This document shows, in pieces, positions 30,874 to 32,000 of a stretch of DNA of 32,000 bases. The first letter of the stretch is position 1. The number at the start of each line of letters is the position of its first letter. This stretch comes from Candidatus Nitrospira inopinata (lineage in GTDB: Bacteria > Nitrospirota > Nitrospiria > Nitrospirales > Nitrospiraceae): positions 270,001 to 302,000 of the forward strand of contig NZ_LN885086.1 in NCBI RefSeq assembly GCF_001458695.1. Direction: 5' to 3'. Below the pieces are notes generated by a model. It had not been told where the DNA came from and made no database searches. It saw only the letters and a program-made list of their open reading frames with translations. Both the position numbers and the translations under genes were made by a program.

Positions 30874-31350
30874 TCAGTACCGCAGCGTCGCCGTCGCCGA
30901 ACTGCGACGGGCGCCGAAGAATTGTTTGGAGAAGGACTCGACGACCGTGGGATCGTATCCTTTGCAACTGAAAATGTCGAGATAGGCGTTGTTGGTATCG
31001 TTGGCGAAATGGCCGCTGATCAACGACGTGGAGATGAGCTGGACCATGGAGTAACCGGCGACGCGCCCCTCGCCGAAATCAACGACCTGGCAGTCGCCGT
31101 ATCGCTTCATGCCGATAAGATCGCACAATTCCACGACGTAGCGTTTGATGTGCTCGGCGTCACGGATCAAGTCGGGTTGACAATCCTGAAGATCGACAGC
31201 GGTGCAAAGCCCCCAAGCTTTGCCTTCTCCCACCATGTCTTGGATGGAAACGGACACGGCGCCTGAAACGCCGGGGGAAACATCGGACGAGGCATCGGGC
31301 GAGACATCGGATGACGCGATCGCAAACTCGGAACCTGACGGAATGCGCAT
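30874..31350 (-). CDS. S-adenosylmethionine-decarboxylase-family (pyruvoyl proenzyme fold, SpeD/SpeH-like) homolog, divergent
   Basis: The core aligns with class-1 AdoMetDC: GLCTAVDLQDC... / GYSMVQLISTSLISGHFAND...AYLDIFSCKG against [20 protein letters not shown]...AAIDLFTCGE. The start is either 31350, which adds a Ser/Asp/Val/Pro tandem-repeat extension, or the ATG at 31236 (MVGEGKAWG...). Confidence 0.78.
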   Translation of the reverse strand: MRIPSGSEFAIASSDVSPDASSDVSPGVSGAVSVSIQDMVGEGKAWGLCTAVDLQDCQPDLIRDAEHIKRYVVELCDLIGMKRYGDCQVVDFGEGRVAGYSMVQLISTSLISGHFANDTNNAYLDIFSCKGYDPTVVESFSKQFFGARRSSATATLRY

Positions 31351-31487
31351 AACCTGTATACCTTTCTCAAAAAGTCCATGCCGCCTGACTCATGCGTTCA
31401 CTTACTGCGTGCAACTATACCATGAATCGGCAAACGCCCGGGGCCGAAGGAAAAATTATTTTGCTTTTCCTCCTCCGTGTGGCGCAG

Positions 31488-31517
31488 TTGACAAGATTCG
31501 CAGCCCTTGGAGACAAT
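31488..31517 (+). promoter_or_regulatory. Candidate promoter TTGACA-18-GACAAT ending 6 nt before the ATG at 31524
   Basis: TTGACA at 31488-31493, GACAAT at 31512-31517, ATG at 31524. It has the same geometry as the candidates at 10575 and 23491. Confidence 0.3.
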
Positions 31518-31523
31518 GCGGCC

Positions 31524-31703
31524 ATGGAAACGCCGGAAACGCCCGCCGAGACCGATCTTCCCGACCGACGATGCACCTGGTGCGGAGTGCCGATGAAAAA
31601 ACGTCTGGTCGGCGGCAAGCGGTTCGTTCACTATACCTGCCCGAAGTGCATCTTTCAGCATACGATCAAACTGTCTCCCAAACTCGTGACGCCCGAACGC
31701 TGA
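31524..31703 (+). CDS. Small zinc-ribbon protein (59 aa; CxxC-x18-CxxC)
   Basis: METPETPAETDLPDRRCTWCGVPMKKRLVGGKRFVHYTCPKCIFQHTIKLSPKLVTPER contains two CxxC pairs. The longer track ORF from 31392 has a hydrophobic, low-plausibility N-terminus that overlaps the putative promoter. Confidence 0.45.
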   Translation: METPETPAETDLPDRRCTWCGVPMKKRLVGGKRFVHYTCPKCIFQHTIKLSPKLVTPER

Positions 31704-31782
31704 GAGCGCCGCGCTACCAGAAAGAACCGATCGTCGCGGCCCGTCTTTTACCCATCTCCGCCCGGCATGCAAGAGAGCCGGT

Positions 31783-32000
31783 CTAGAGCTTCCCGGACGT
31801 CAATCGGCGAATTTCTTCCATCCGGCGGCGATTCACGCCGAAATCGCCGTACCCCGTGCGCGAGGCGGACCGAAAATGAACGGTCTTGGCGTCGTCGTCG
31901 AAGAGAAACTCCACGTCGTCGACGAACCGAAAGATCAGGCTGGTAAACTCGTAGCGCAGATAGGCCTCGTCTTCCTCCACGAGACGGGCGCGAGGCAAGG
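31783..32000 (-). CDS. DUF1499-family protein (C-terminal part; 5' end beyond the window end)
   Basis: ...YLRYEFTSLIFRFVDDVEFLFDDDAKTVHFRSASRTGYGDFGVNRRRMEEIR matches the DUF1499 C-terminal consensus (FxDDxEF...RSxSRxGxxDxGxNRxR). The frame stays open to the window edge. The M at 31998 is a TTG artefact. Confidence 0.75.
   Translation of the reverse strand, partial: LPRARLVEEDEAYLRYEFTSLIFRFVDDVEFLFDDDAKTVHFRSASRTGYGDFGVNRRRMEEIRRLTSGKL

Overview
This is a GC-rich bacterial chromosome segment. The proteins look Nitrospirota-like to me, but that is only an impression and needs a database search. By eye I found no rRNA, tRNA, CRISPR array, transposase or integrase.

- **1-10.4 kb:** a minus-strand division/cell-wall (dcw) cluster, rsmH-ftsL-ftsI-murE-murF-mraY-murD-ftsW-murG (murG partial). 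Several gene pairs are translationally coupled by ATGA overlaps. No mraZ lies upstream of rsmH.
- **10.4-16.8 kb:** a secreted repeat protein, a BNR-propeller lipoprotein, yajQ, cstA and hsp20. Two candidate micro-ORFs and an intrinsic terminator follow hsp20.
- **16.9-25.2 kb (the stand-out region):** a two-strand phosphonate locus.
  - The plus strand carries a PEP-mutase-like domain fused to a LicC-like nucleotidyltransferase.
  - The minus strand carries a six-gene operon behind a TTGAGA-17-TATAAT promoter. It encodes a split phosphonopyruvate decarboxylase (alpha and beta), a 2-aminoethylphosphonate (AEP) transaminase, a canonical LicC-like nucleotidyltransferase, a nucleotidyltransferase fused to a CDP-alcohol phosphatidyltransferase, and an MprF-type flippase-like membrane protein.
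  - I read this as an AEP synthesis, activation, transfer and flipping module, most likely making a phosphonolipid. The PEP-mutase domain has a non-canonical catalytic loop ([10 protein letters not shown] where EDKxxxxxNS is expected).
- **25.3-32 kb:** a PilZ protein, an RND efflux pair (adaptor and pump, no outer-membrane factor gene), an SCP2-fold protein, a divergent AdoMetDC-family proenzyme homolog, a small zinc-ribbon ORF and a partial DUF1499 gene.

Many long ORFs in the track are antisense shadows of real genes, as expected in GC-rich DNA, and I rejected them.
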